Made by a program: the position numbers and the translations under genes. From an uncultured Thermoprotei archaeon (lineage in GTDB: Archaea; Thermoproteota; Thermoprotei; Thermofilales; B15-G2), in the NCBI GenBank assembly GCA_965367815.1, contig CBDUKN010000002.1:64001-128000 (forward strand): a stretch of 64,000 nt of DNA, written 5' to 3'. This document shows positions 49,775 to 60,054 of this stretch, in pieces. Position 1 is the stretch's first letter, and each line of letters starts with the position of its first letter. The notes under the pieces were generated by a model, which saw only the letters and a list, made by a program, of their open reading frames with translations, ran no database searches and was not told the DNA's origin.

Positions 49775-52009
49775 CTACTTCTTTCTTTTTCTAAGTATTA
49801 TTATTGCTATTGCTGCAACGACAACTATAACGAAAACTGCTATTACTGCTGGAGTAAAGATTTCTGGTGGCTGTACTACCTCTATTGTTAATGTTTCGCT
49901 TATTTCAGGATAGTTATCTGCATAGGCTTTTACTTTGATTACAGCAGTTCCTGCTTTCACTCCCTCTATTTTTACCTCAATTTGTTTAGATCCTTTAGGA
50001 TCAATATTTCCAAGAATATATTTTGTCGCCTCTACTTCGATGTTTTCAGCTGTTACTAGTTCTACTATTACATTTCTTGCTACTCCATCGCCTACATTGT
50101 TCACTACTATGACTATTTTGTCCATTTTACCTTTCTCGACTTTCTTTGGTGCAGTGACGCTGAGCTTTAATTCTGGCTTTGCTAGGACTATTTCTAGTGT
50201 AGTTTCGTTAGAATTGCCTGCAAAGTCTGTAGCTTTAGCTTTTATGTATAGTACTCCGGCTTTCTCTATGTTTTCTTTTGACTCGGGAATCCAGACTATG
50301 TATACTACTTTACTGAATTCTGGATCTACTAAATCCATTAGTGATGGCTCGTGCCAAGTTTTTCCGTCGAGTGAATACTTTACTTCTACTTCATCGACGC
50401 CCCAGCCATGGTCTTCGGCTTTAACTGTAACTAGTGTCCAGGAGTCCTCGAAATTAAGTTGCTTCGATATAGTCACTTTAGGAGGCTCTTTGTCTTCTAC
50501 CGCGGCTACTGTGAACTTTACAACAGATTCAGGAGGCAGAGTCACATTGTGTAACACTATGTAGTAGCAGTCTTCTGCTTCAATAACCGTGTAATTTGGT
50601 GTGTATGGATACCACCTATACTCGGAAAGAGGCTTGTCTTTAGGCAGTTTAAATACTATTCTTATGTTGTAGAAGGCCTGCTTCAGCTCATTTTTGGCTC
50701 TAAATGATACTGCATAATGTTTGCCGTCATTTGCTGGCGCGTAGTAGTATTCAATTGTACCCACTTTATACGGTTTAATTCCCTCTCCTAAGTCTATTGG
50801 TATTGAGTTGGGGTACTTGAAAAGACCCGATGCAGCGTAATATAGTGTACTCTCATCTACTGTTCCGTTAGCATATATTGTTATGAACTTAAAGCCGCGA
50901 ATGTCTTTTTCTCTGACATCATATGCTACTGCTGCAGGACAGATGAAGTAGTGTCTATGTCCTTGAGCGTCCTCGATAACAACGTTGAGGTCTGTGTGTA
51001 TGTGCTCTGAGAGAATTAACCTTACATCGTATTTTATGACGAGTGTAAAGAGGTATCTTGCTTCTTCAATGTGATCTCTCCACGATGGGTAGAGATACTT
51101 TTTGATATAGTCAAAGTCGCTTTCATTAGTAATTTTCACTACTTGAGTTAAAACATCTTTCCACTCAGGTGAGAATAGTGGATGATGGAAAGCAAGTATT
51201 TTCACTTTACACTTTGTAGTAGCAAGTATTGACTCAGCCCACTGAAGGTACTTTTTGGGAATCCATCCGTCACTACCTGTGGGGAGAGCTATTATCAAGA
51301 AATCGCCTATAGTAACACTGTAGTTTTGTGGACCCATTATGCTCTCGTATGTTTCCGCGACCCAGCCGTAGTCATATTCATGGTTTCCTATTACAACATA
51401 GCATGGACACTCCAGCATTAAAAAGGATCCTAGAAACAGCTTCCATCCGCTTGAGCTAGTAGGTCTTTCAACTAGGTCTCCAATGAATATCGCTAAATCT
51501 GGATTAAGCAGATTTATTGTCTTTATAGCCTCGTAGAAGTATATTGCTCCTCCAGGAGTCTTTGTGTCAGCAAAGGCCAAGAGTCTCAACTTCTTAGGCC
51601 ATGACTCTAAAACCCAGACACTATGCGGCTCTTCAACTTTCTTTTTCTCTCCATCTTTAAACTCGAGTACTAAATCATATAATCCTTTAGGCACTTCATC
51701 TGGCAGCTTAAAGTGTACAGTCCATATTTTTTCATTTTTATTGAACGATGATGAAATATATTCAAGTGTGAATTTACCATAATATTTGCTGACAATATAT
51801 GCTGACCATTCTCCGGCATTTTCACTAGCCTTGACTACTACTTTAAGATTACTACCTTTTAAGACAGGCTCAGGTATTGATGGCAGCGGTCTTTTTACTA
51901 TCTGAGCATAGAGTACGACAGGAGCATAGGGTGGAGGCGCTACAGCGGCATATTGGATGCAAAGTACTGCTATTAGCAGCAGAGTAGCTAAAACTAAGTT
52001 GTGCCTCAC
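49775..52009 (-). CDS. Cell-surface metallophosphoesterase with Ig/CARDB-like domains and C-terminal anchor
   Basis: Signal peptide, AD.K, GDLV, GNHE, FHHP, EHIH; C-terminal TM followed by RKRKK. Confidence 0.8.
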   Translation of the reverse strand: MRHNLVLATLLLIAVLCIQYAAVAPPPYAPVVLYAQIVKRPLPSIPEPVLKGSNLKVVVKASENAGEWSAYIVSKYYGKFTLEYISSSFNKNEKIWTVHFKLPDEVPKGLYDLVLEFKDGEKKKVEEPHSVWVLESWPKKLRLLAFADTKTPGGAIYFYEAIKTINLLNPDLAIFIGDLVERPTSSSGWKLFLGSFLMLECPCYVVIGNHEYDYGWVAETYESIMGPQNYSVTIGDFLIIALPTGSDGWIPKKYLQWAESILATTKCKVKILAFHHPLFSPEWKDVLTQVVKITNESDFDYIKKYLYPSWRDHIEEARYLFTLVIKYDVRLILSEHIHTDLNVVIEDAQGHRHYFICPAAVAYDVREKDIRGFKFITIYANGTVDESTLYYAASGLFKYPNSIPIDLGEGIKPYKVGTIEYYYAPANDGKHYAVSFRAKNELKQAFYNIRIVFKLPKDKPLSEYRWYPYTPNYTVIEAEDCYYIVLHNVTLPPESVVKFTVAAVEDKEPPKVTISKQLNFEDSWTLVTVKAEDHGWGVDEVEVKYSLDGKTWHEPSLMDLVDPEFSKVVYIVWIPESKENIEKAGVLYIKAKATDFAGNSNETTLEIVLAKPELKLSVTAPKKVEKGKMDKIVIVVNNVGDGVARNVIVELVTAENIEVEATKYILGNIDPKGSKQIEVKIEGVKAGTAVIKVKAYADNYPEISETLTIEVVQPPEIFTPAVIAVFVIVVVAAIAIIILRKRKK

Positions 52010-52113
52010 GAGATACCCCCAAGATATTTAACTGCCCTTTATTAATAATCTTCTTCTTGTGTACTAAGAAGACTATTTGAAAGGACCTCGGTAAGAAAAT
52101 ACCTTTAAAAGGC

Positions 52114-53184
52114 TCACTCTTTAGGCAAAATTATGACATACTCATAAGGTATATATACTTTTACTGTACTTTTAAGCGGTGGGTTAAACCACGGCTCTAC
52201 GTTGACAAGCAGACTTATGTTGCCTAGACTTATTCTCATTTGGTTAAACGGTCCTACAAACGATGTCCACTCAACAGTGCCTTCGAACTCGTTGGCTTTG
52301 CTTGGGTCATCTATCTGTAGTGCAAAGTCTTCGGGTTTGAGTACCGCATAGGCAGGCTCTCCCTTTTTTACTTTTATGTCTCTGTCTGGGATAATGCCCT
52401 TGATTTTGATGTTGTCTGTTACTAGTGTAACTAGGCCACCTTCAACTTTCTCTATTTTACCCTCTATTAGAGAACAGCGTCCAAGGAATGTTGCTACAAA
52501 CAAGTTCTTTGGTCTGCGGTAGACTTCATTTGGCTCTCCTACTTGCATTATCTTCCCTTGGTTCATTACGGCTATTCTATCGGATATCACTAAGGCTTCT
52601 TCTTGGTCGTGTGTGACATATATGGTGGTTATCTTGAGCTTTTTCTGCAATTTTTTAAGTTCCTCTCTCATTTCTATTCTCAGTCTGGCATCTAAGTTGC
52701 TAAGAGGCTCGTCTAGTAGCAGTACCTTAGGCTCTATTACGAGAGCTCTAGCTAAAGCAACTCTTTGCTGCTGTCCTCCGCTCAGCTGCGTAGGGTATCT
52801 GTCTTCAAGGCCTTTTAGCTTGACTAATTCTAGTACTTCGAGTACTCTTTTCCTAATTTCACTCTTAGAATACCCCCTTATCTTAAGACCATAGGCCACG
52901 TTCTCGAAAACAGTCATGTGAGGCCATAGAGCATAGTTCTGAAAGACCATTCCTGTGTTTCGCTTATAGGGGGGCAGGTCTGTGACGTCTTCGTCGTCGA
53001 AGAATATTTTACCTTCATCAGGATACTCTAGTCCGGCTATTACTCTAAGAGTAGTCGTCTTACCACATCCACTGGGACCGAGGAATGTGAAGAATTCCCC
53101 CTCTTTTATACTTAAAGTGACATTGTCTACTGCTACTACTTTCCCGAAGCGCTTAGTAACCTTTTGGAGCTTTACTTCAACCAT
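52114..53184 (-). CDS. ABC transporter ATP-binding protein (FbpC/PotA-like, TOBE)
   Basis: GPSGCGKTT, LSGGQQQR, LLLDEPLSNLD, YVTHDQ. Confidence 0.92.
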   Translation of the reverse strand: MVEVKLQKVTKRFGKVVAVDNVTLSIKEGEFFTFLGPSGCGKTTTLRVIAGLEYPDEGKIFFDDEDVTDLPPYKRNTGMVFQNYALWPHMTVFENVAYGLKIRGYSKSEIRKRVLEVLELVKLKGLEDRYPTQLSGGQQQRVALARALVIEPKVLLLDEPLSNLDARLRIEMREELKKLQKKLKITTIYVTHDQEEALVISDRIAVMNQGKIMQVGEPNEVYRRPKNLFVATFLGRCSLIEGKIEKVEGGLVTLVTDNIKIKGIIPDRDIKVKKGEPAYAVLKPEDFALQIDDPSKANEFEGTVEWTSFVGPFNQMRISLGNISLLVNVEPWFNPPLKSTVKVYIPYEYVIILPKE

Positions 53185-53187
53185 ACT

Positions 53188-55029
53188 CTATACACCCAGG
53201 AAGGCTACTCTCTGTTTAAGGATATAGTTGGAGATCGATATAGCTGTTATCTGCGCTATAATCAACAGTACACCGAGAGCGGCTGCCACACTTACTGTTC
53301 CGACTGCCGCGCTTGCGTAGATTACTTGGCTCATATAGAATGTTATTGGGCCTTGGGATGGATTAAGGTTACTCAGTGTTATGCTTGTGCTCACTTCGTT
53401 CATTGAGTAAACGAAGGAAAGTATTCCTCCGCTAATAACGTTTGATACTATGAGCGGGAGAGCTATCGTGAAGAATACTTTAGCTCTACTTGCACCTAAG
53501 TTCATTGCCGCCTCCTCGAGAGACTCGTGGACTTGCTGCAGTCCAGCGAAAACTGTTCTCGCCGAGAAGGGCAGTCTTCTTACGCTATACGAGAATATCA
53601 GGAGGAGTCCGGGATTAAAGAATGGGTCGAAGGGTGTCTGTGAGAAGTATGTAGCGAAGAATAGCAGGTAGCCTACAGCGACGATTATTCCGGGGATAGC
53701 TATAGGCAGTGTCGATAAAGTGTCTATGAGATCTCTTCCAGGGATCTTTTTCCTAGCGACAATATATGCCGCGCTTGTTCCAACTAACAACATTATTGCA
53801 GTCGCTATTGACGAGTAAATCAAGCTATTCGTAATGGCTCTCGCGACCTCTCTGTTAGTCACTAGCGCGGAGATGTACTCGGTAGTGAACTTTGTTGGCA
53901 GAACTCCGCTTATAGCCCAGTTAGTGAAAGCCAGTATGACTACACCTATTTGAGGGAATGATGCTGATATAGCTAAAGTTGTTAGGAAAATGTATACTGG
54001 TATAAGTCCCATGATTCCTAGACGCCTAACTCTAGGCTTCCATCTTCCACCCTTGCTCAGCATAGCGTAACTGCGGAGACTTACATACTTCTTTATCGCT
54101 AAGAAAACTACTATAGCTACCAGCAGCATTATTACTGCCATAGCATAGGTTGATGCATGAACTTGTTCTATCGATCCTATTCCTCTTCTGAATTCATCGT
54201 ATATCTGGAAGCTCAATATTTTCTCGTGAAGTCCTCCCCCGAAAGCTCCACTCAGTCCTATAGGTGCTCCTAAGTCCTCCATACTGAAAATAAATACTAG
54301 CGCTGCTCCAGCTGAAATTCCAGGAAGTGCTAGCGGTAGGGTTATTGTTAGGAATAACTTAAGCCCCCTAGCTCCGAGATTCTCGGCCTGTTCCTCTAGC
54401 GTAGGATCAATGTTAATAAATGAGGAAAAAGCGTTGAGGTATACTATTGGATATAGGCTGAGCGTTTGGATAAGTATTAGTGCAGGTAAACCTGTTATCC
54501 ATATCCTGAAAGGAAGTACATGTAGGACATCACACATTAAGTAGTTGAAGAGGCCATCTACCGAGAGCACTTTACCTAAAACAAATGCATTTACGAAAGG
54601 CGTCGCAAGCATTGGTATAAGCAGTAGTACTTTGAAAACATTCTTCCCTGGGAAGTCATATCTAGCCATAATGAAAGCGGCTGTAGTCCCTATTATTCCT
54701 GCGAAAATCATAACCATAGTAGAAACGAAGAGAGAGTTCAGCAGAATTCCGAAATTAGGTCCTCTTCGACCTATTATCAGTATTTTTCCGTAGGGTGTTT
54801 TTGCTAGCTCAATCCATCTGAGTTCTGGCGGAATTTTAATGAAAGTTCCGCTGGATAATAGACTTTGGAAGTAGTGGAGAGAAAGAGAGCCTTTGTAGAA
54901 GAAAGCCCTGAGTATCATGAAAGATACTGGTAGTACAAGGAATACTCCTAGTATGAGGACAACAATTGAAAGCTGGACTATAGTGAGGCTGTCTAGTTCT
55001 CGCTTAAGTTCTCTTAAGGGCTTAAACAT
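53188..55029 (-). CDS. ABC transporter fused double permease (FbpB/ThiP-like)
   Basis: Two EAA loops (LEEQAENLGA, LEEAAMNLGA). Confidence 0.9.
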   Translation of the reverse strand: MFKPLRELKRELDSLTIVQLSIVVLILGVFLVLPVSFMILRAFFYKGSLSLHYFQSLLSSGTFIKIPPELRWIELAKTPYGKILIIGRRGPNFGILLNSLFVSTMVMIFAGIIGTTAAFIMARYDFPGKNVFKVLLLIPMLATPFVNAFVLGKVLSVDGLFNYLMCDVLHVLPFRIWITGLPALILIQTLSLYPIVYLNAFSSFINIDPTLEEQAENLGARGLKLFLTITLPLALPGISAGAALVFIFSMEDLGAPIGLSGAFGGGLHEKILSFQIYDEFRRGIGSIEQVHASTYAMAVIMLLVAIVVFLAIKKYVSLRSYAMLSKGGRWKPRVRRLGIMGLIPVYIFLTTLAISASFPQIGVVILAFTNWAISGVLPTKFTTEYISALVTNREVARAITNSLIYSSIATAIMLLVGTSAAYIVARKKIPGRDLIDTLSTLPIAIPGIIVAVGYLLFFATYFSQTPFDPFFNPGLLLIFSYSVRRLPFSARTVFAGLQQVHESLEEAAMNLGASRAKVFFTIALPLIVSNVISGGILSFVYSMNEVSTSITLSNLNPSQGPITFYMSQVIYASAAVGTVSVAAALGVLLIIAQITAISISNYILKQRVAFLGV

Positions 55030-55119
55030 TCTGATATCCCATGTAGTAAGTAATGGGGAACTAAAAAAGTTTCTTAATACAAATAGAACAAAAGTATTTT
55101 CTTTCCTTAAGTAGAACTT

Positions 55120-56595
55120 CTATGACCCTGCTAAAGCTTTTACTTCGTTTATTACCTTCTCGTATCTCTTTATAGCAGCCTCTCTCCAGACCTCTATGAG
55201 CTCGTTTCTGTAGTCTACGTTCTGTATAATCTTCATCTCAATGCTCTGAGCAAATTCTTGTGTAAAAGTGACTTTCTTGCCTGTAGCAGGGTCTACGAAT
55301 TCTAGCTTCGTTGGGTCAGCTAATTCTTCTATTAGCTGCATAAACTTCTCTTTACTTATTTTACCTTCAAGTCTCGCTTTGGCCAATAAGCGCCAAGCTT
55401 CCTGTAGTTTATCATGAGGATCTGTTATGGTTGCATAGAAGAACCACCTCATGGCGTTTTCATAGGATAAAGCTAGTTCATCGCTGAAGTTTATTGGTAT
55501 TTTTCCTAAAGTAGACTCATATGCCTGTTTTAAGTCAGAGCGCTGCTTTCCTTCAGGAGTCTCGAATACCTTGGAGTTTGCCGGCAGACGGTTTATGTCT
55601 TTATCTAACCATACTTTTTGTCCTTCAGCGCTGAGAACCCATGCTATAAATGCTTGCGCTGCCTCGGGGTGCTTACTTGTAGTTAAGAGCGCAATGGGGT
55701 CTCCGTTTATTATAGTTCCATCAGTCGGTATGATATATCTACAGTTTTCCGGGTTCTGTATTTGCGCGGTGTAGCCATAGAAGTCTATAGTTATTCCCAC
55801 AGCTATGTCTCCTCTTATTACAGCGTCTCTCACTAGACCAGATTCTCCGTAAACTCTAGCGTTAGCGCCCATTAACGTTATTATAATCCAGCCTTTTCTC
55901 CATCCATAGATCTGGAGTATTATTTCATACATTCTTGTATTGCTTGTGCTTCTTGTAGGACAGGCTACACCTACACTTGGCACAGGTAGTGTTGATGCGA
56001 ATGTTTCGTTAGCTAAGTCGATCCACCTTGAAGGCATAGGGAGATTTAGCTTCTTGAGCACTTGAGTGTTTATAGTGAAGCCGAAAGATGATATAGCTGC
56101 AGCAACCCAAATGATTCTGCCCTCCTTGTCTTTTCTTACTAGAGGAGCTCCGTTTATTTCTTCAGGAATCTCCTTTAATATTTCCTCTATTAATGGACTA
56201 TCAATAGGCTTAAGAAGACCCTCTCTGGCAAGAAAATCGAAAAGAGTAGGACCCCCTCCCCATGCAACGTCTATTTCTTTTCCTGGTTTCTTGGCGCTCG
56301 CCTCAATTATATCGACCCATTGGCCTGGATCTATTGAAAGCCAGACTATGTCCACTATATTGTACTCCTTTGCGAGTTCACTTTGTAGAAACATTTCCTC
56401 TGCTTTATCTAATATGTCGTATCCATGACGAGTAATAACTCTCAGAACTATTTCCTCTTTAGGCTGTTCTTCTTCCGGTCCCGGCCCTGGCTGTGGCTTT
56501 AATACAAAAAAGTAGGCGACAATAGCTATGATAATTACGGCTATTGCAAGAATAGCTAGTACTTTCATCGAAATACTTCCACGAGACCTCATCAT
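55120..56595 (-). CDS. ABC transporter substrate-binding protein (Fe3+/thiamine/phosphoglycerate cluster)
   Basis: TM anchor and linker, TRH, DVAWGGG, P..S.SN, IDFYGY, NGDPIA. Confidence 0.85.
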   Translation of the reverse strand: MMRSRGSISMKVLAILAIAVIIIAIVAYFFVLKPQPGPGPEEEQPKEEIVLRVITRHGYDILDKAEEMFLQSELAKEYNIVDIVWLSIDPGQWVDIIEASAKKPGKEIDVAWGGGPTLFDFLAREGLLKPIDSPLIEEILKEIPEEINGAPLVRKDKEGRIIWVAAAISSFGFTINTQVLKKLNLPMPSRWIDLANETFASTLPVPSVGVACPTRSTSNTRMYEIILQIYGWRKGWIIITLMGANARVYGESGLVRDAVIRGDIAVGITIDFYGYTAQIQNPENCRYIIPTDGTIINGDPIALLTTSKHPEAAQAFIAWVLSAEGQKVWLDKDINRLPANSKVFETPEGKQRSDLKQAYESTLGKIPINFSDELALSYENAMRWFFYATITDPHDKLQEAWRLLAKARLEGKISKEKFMQLIEELADPTKLEFVDPATGKKVTFTQEFAQSIEMKIIQNVDYRNELIEVWREAAIKRYEKVINEVKALAGS

Positions 56596-56728
56596 TGTAT
56601 TCTATCGCATCTCTATGTATTTATTTTTATCTTTCAATAGTTTTTGTATTTCAAGACTTTATAGTAACTAAGCGCGATTTTTGACAATAAACCTTATATA
56701 GCTTCTTAAAATCTAACACTCGGAGACC

Positions 56729-57808
56729 ATGAATAGAAAAATATGTATACTGGTTTTAGCAGTACTAGCAATAACTCTTGGTCTATCAACTGCTTCCGCT
56801 AAGCCTATTGTAGCTGTATTTGCTAAAGGTATGCTTAAACCTGATCTACAGCTCCAGTGGCTCATGGGCAATATCACTAATGTTGAATGGAAACTGTTTT
56901 CAGAAACAATCACCTATGAAGACATTAAAGACTCGAAAATGCTCATAGTGGTCCTAGTAGACGTCGATGCTAACTTTACTCAAGAGGAAATAGACGCTAT
57001 CGTAAAGTGGTTTAATGACGGTGGCAAAACACTATGGCTCTGCGGAGACAGCGACTACAAGGGAGGAGACTTCAAGAGAATACCTGCGATGAACACTATT
57101 GCAGAAGCTGTTGGAACAGTGCTGAGAAATGAGCATACTGAAGCAGTAGACAGAGGCTCCAACTGCGGTGCACCATATAGAGTAGCTGCGCTAATCAGGC
57201 CAGACGATCCATTTGCAGTAGTAGCTTCAGGAATAACTAAGCCAGTACTGTTCCACGGACCAGGAATAATTGTAGCCTATAAAGATGGTAAATGGTATGC
57301 CTTAGAAAAAGAAGTACCGGAAAACGTCTATTGTATTGCCTGGACAAGCGACCAAGGCGCAATACAAGAGTCTGTTAAACCGCTGCCAGAAGTACACGAC
57401 ATAGGCTATGAAGGCAAACTAGTAATAATGGCCGCCGAAGTCTTCCCAGACAAAAAGAACATAGTACTATACTCCGCTGAAGCACCATTCGACCACTACC
57501 GCGGAATGTGGACATCAACATACCATGACGTAGAACTAGACGGCCCACAGTTTGTAGTGAACATTATTCAGCTAGGCGCATACCCAGATACATTCTGGAC
57601 ATACTACTCTAAACTCACAGCAGCAAACAAACAGATCGCCCAGCTAGAGTCACAAGTAGCCCAGCTAAAGTCTCAGGTATCACAGCTAGAATCGCAAGTA
57701 GCTAGCTTACAGAGCCAGCTCATAACATACCTCATCGGAGGCCTCGTAGTAGGACTAATTATAGGCATTGCAATAGGATTCGTAGTAGGAAAGAAGAAGA
57801 AAAGCTAA
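56729..57808 (+). CDS. Secreted GATase-like-fold protein with coiled-coil stalk and C-terminal TM anchor
   Basis: Signal peptide, EI.AI..WF..GGK.LW..GDSDY, LFHGP; heptad repeats; TM followed by KKKKS. Confidence 0.7.
   Translation: MNRKICILVLAVLAITLGLSTASAKPIVAVFAKGMLKPDLQLQWLMGNITNVEWKLFSETITYEDIKDSKMLIVVLVDVDANFTQEEIDAIVKWFNDGGKTLWLCGDSDYKGGDFKRIPAMNTIAEAVGTVLRNEHTEAVDRGSNCGAPYRVAALIRPDDPFAVVASGITKPVLFHGPGIIVAYKDGKWYALEKEVPENVYCIAWTSDQGAIQESVKPLPEVHDIGYEGKLVIMAAEVFPDKKNIVLYSAEAPFDHYRGMWTSTYHDVELDGPQFVVNIIQLGAYPDTFWTYYSKLTAANKQIAQLESQVAQLKSQVSQLESQVASLQSQLITYLIGGLVVGLIIGIAIGFVVGKKKKS
57635..57718 (+). repeat. Four degenerate 21-bp coding repeats (IAQLESQ/VAQLKSQ/VSQLESQ/VASLQSQ)
   Basis: Heptad repeat visible at DNA and protein level. 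Confidence 0.7.
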
Positions 57809-58007
57809 ATTTTCATAAAATATTTTTTACTTATTTGATATTTTAATAAATTCTATAAGCTAGTTCAGCTTACTCTTCTTAAAACTCTCAAACTTATAGC
57901 AGAAAATAAACTAGTTTAACAAGTTTAAACAGAAGCCCTTTTGCACTTAAAGATGTTTCACTCACTAAAAATATAAATCTTTAGCAATAGGAGTTTTATA
58001 GCAGATT

Positions 58008-58958
58008 ATGGGTCAAAATACTTCAACTGAAACTAAATTAACTCAAGAAAACATAAAGTATGTAATCTATTCTCTATTATCTAAAGACATTAAAATACTA
58101 AAACCAGTGGTGTCGATCAAAGAAATATACTACCCCGAACTAGGCGAATACTTCTCAGTAATAGATTTACTAGAAAATCTGGCTTCTGAAGGCTATGTCA
58201 GGAAAGTTAGATTTGAAAAAGTAATACTCTGTCCCAACTGCAACTCACACTTAGTGTTATCAAGATATTACTGTCCCAGCTGCGGGTCTTTCGACGTAGA
58301 AAGAATTAAGCTTATAATGCACACTCCATGCGGGCATATAGACATATTATCAGCATTTAAAGAAAAATGCCCTACCTGTGGTGAACCAATAAAAAGTGAA
58401 GATTTAGAGCTTCTAGGAGAAATAATGGAGTGTAACTCATGTAAAGCCAGATTCGATGAACCTACAGTAAAGCACTATTGTCTAAACTGCGGAATAGAAT
58501 TTACTCATAGAGAAGCAGTCTACGAAAAAATATTCGAGTATGAGATAGTAGAAGAGAAGTTTAGAGAACTAGAAGAGACACTCATAATGGACATAGTCAA
58601 GACCTTCTTCGAAGAAAGAGAATTTAAAGTATCAAGTAATGCTGTAGCACGAGGCGCTAGTGGACTTAATCATGTCTTCTCATTTCTTGCAATTAAAGAC
58701 AATACCGGACTTTACATTGACGTTAAATTAGCAGATGGCGAGAGCTCAGATGTATATGTTAGGACATACGCCAAGTACATAGACATAAGAGACGTCAATA
58801 CAATAAAAGACGTTCTTCTGGTGCTAAAAGGACGAGGTGTTAAAGAAAATTATGAATCTGGCTTTATGTGCATAACTTTCAGTAGCATAGAAGAACTAAA
58901 GGAGAAATTGTCTAGAGTCTACGGCTCTTTAATGGAGACTCCTAAAGAAACAGAGTAA
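58008..58958 (+). CDS. TackOD1-like multi-Zn-ribbon protein with a C-terminal restriction-endonuclease-like domain
   Basis: CPNC, CPSCGS, H.PCG, CPTC, CNSC, CLNC; G.SG..H.F motif. Confidence 0.7.
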   Translation: MGQNTSTETKLTQENIKYVIYSLLSKDIKILKPVVSIKEIYYPELGEYFSVIDLLENLASEGYVRKVRFEKVILCPNCNSHLVLSRYYCPSCGSFDVERIKLIMHTPCGHIDILSAFKEKCPTCGEPIKSEDLELLGEIMECNSCKARFDEPTVKHYCLNCGIEFTHREAVYEKIFEYEIVEEKFRELEETLIMDIVKTFFEEREFKVSSNAVARGASGLNHVFSFLAIKDNTGLYIDVKLADGESSDVYVRTYAKYIDIRDVNTIKDVLLVLKGRGVKENYESGFMCITFSSIEELKEKLSRVYGSLMETPKETE

Positions 58959-59016
58959 CTAAAACTCCTTGTACTGTAGAGCATTTTCGCTTTCAGAAAC
59001 ATTGGTAAATAGATCT

Positions 59017-59955
59017 CTAGGAGGGTAGAGACCCTTTAATTATTGACTCAAAGTATCCTCTCATAGCCAGACTTATTATGCTGAAAAAGAAAGCTACTGC
59101 TATGAGCATTATTATTACATGCTTTACTCCTTTAATCGCAGATCCGTCAACTATTTTTCCTGCAATAATTCCTCCCATTATTGACTGAACAAGCGAGCTT
59201 AAGAAAAACAGTCCCTCGTAAACTCTCTCATCAAGTGTTCCGAAAATAAATGTTCCTCCGACAACTTTTCCTATTTCGGCGGTTGGTCTTATAAACGACT
59301 CCATTATTACCACTGCGATAAAGCTGAAGAGAAAAACACTCATGTATATTATCCAGACATAGTGTTTTAGTCTACCTCTTTTACTGTGTTCGTAGTCTCT
59401 TATCATAGAATATATTCTTGCTGCAGAGTCTAGTACTTCTGTCATTCGTCCTCCGCTACGGTAGGCTTCTACTAGAGTTACATACGCTCTTTGAACAGCC
59501 GTAGTTGGAATTCTTTTAGCAAGACTTTCTGCAGCTTCTTCAAAGTCTGCTCTTAACTTATATCTTACAATAATTCTGTTTACTTCTTTTCCTAAAGCTG
59601 TGTCTTTTTCTCTCCTAGCATATTCTTCTAGTGCTTCGGGTAGGCTTACTCCAGCTCTAGTGCTTTCAGCGAGTTCTTTGAAAAAATCGGGAAGTTTGTC
59701 TTCGATATTTTTTACATATCTGTCTTCGAGGTAATTTATTAGAGCTACTGGTATACATATTATTATTAACCCGAAGACAATTGATGTATTAAAGACGAGA
59801 TCATAGGGCAAGGGTATTCCTATTGATGTAATTACTATACATTCATCGATAGTTTTAACTCCCGTAATTAAGGGAAAGAACATGATAAATATGCCTATTA
59901 CACACGAAGAAGTGTAAACTAGGTACCTTACTTCTTTTGGTACTAGTATACTCAC
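59017..59955 (-). CDS. Type IV pilus/T2SS F-family (TadB/TadC-like) membrane platform protein
   Basis: IE..LPDF...LAE...AG.SL..AL, SGG....VL, G.IAG....G....G.KH. Confidence 0.88.
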   Translation of the reverse strand: MSILVPKEVRYLVYTSSCVIGIFIMFFPLITGVKTIDECIVITSIGIPLPYDLVFNTSIVFGLIIICIPVALINYLEDRYVKNIEDKLPDFFKELAESTRAGVSLPEALEEYARREKDTALGKEVNRIIVRYKLRADFEEAAESLAKRIPTTAVQRAYVTLVEAYRSGGRMTEVLDSAARIYSMIRDYEHSKRGRLKHYVWIIYMSVFLFSFIAVVIMESFIRPTAEIGKVVGGTFIFGTLDERVYEGLFFLSSLVQSIMGGIIAGKIVDGSAIKGVKHVIIMLIAVAFFFSIISLAMRGYFESIIKGSLPS

Positions 59956-60054
59956 GAGTTATTTATACGAGTGAGATTAAAACTTTTAAGTGCATCGAGT
60001 ATAGGAAAATATTCTAGTATTTATTAGTTTTCAAGTAAATTTTTGGTTTATAGG

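Noticed and set aside
49935-50564. 209-aa plus-strand ORF, and the many similar Ser/Thr/Leu-rich antisense ORFs in the track
   Set aside because: Antisense shadows of well-supported genes, with no motifs
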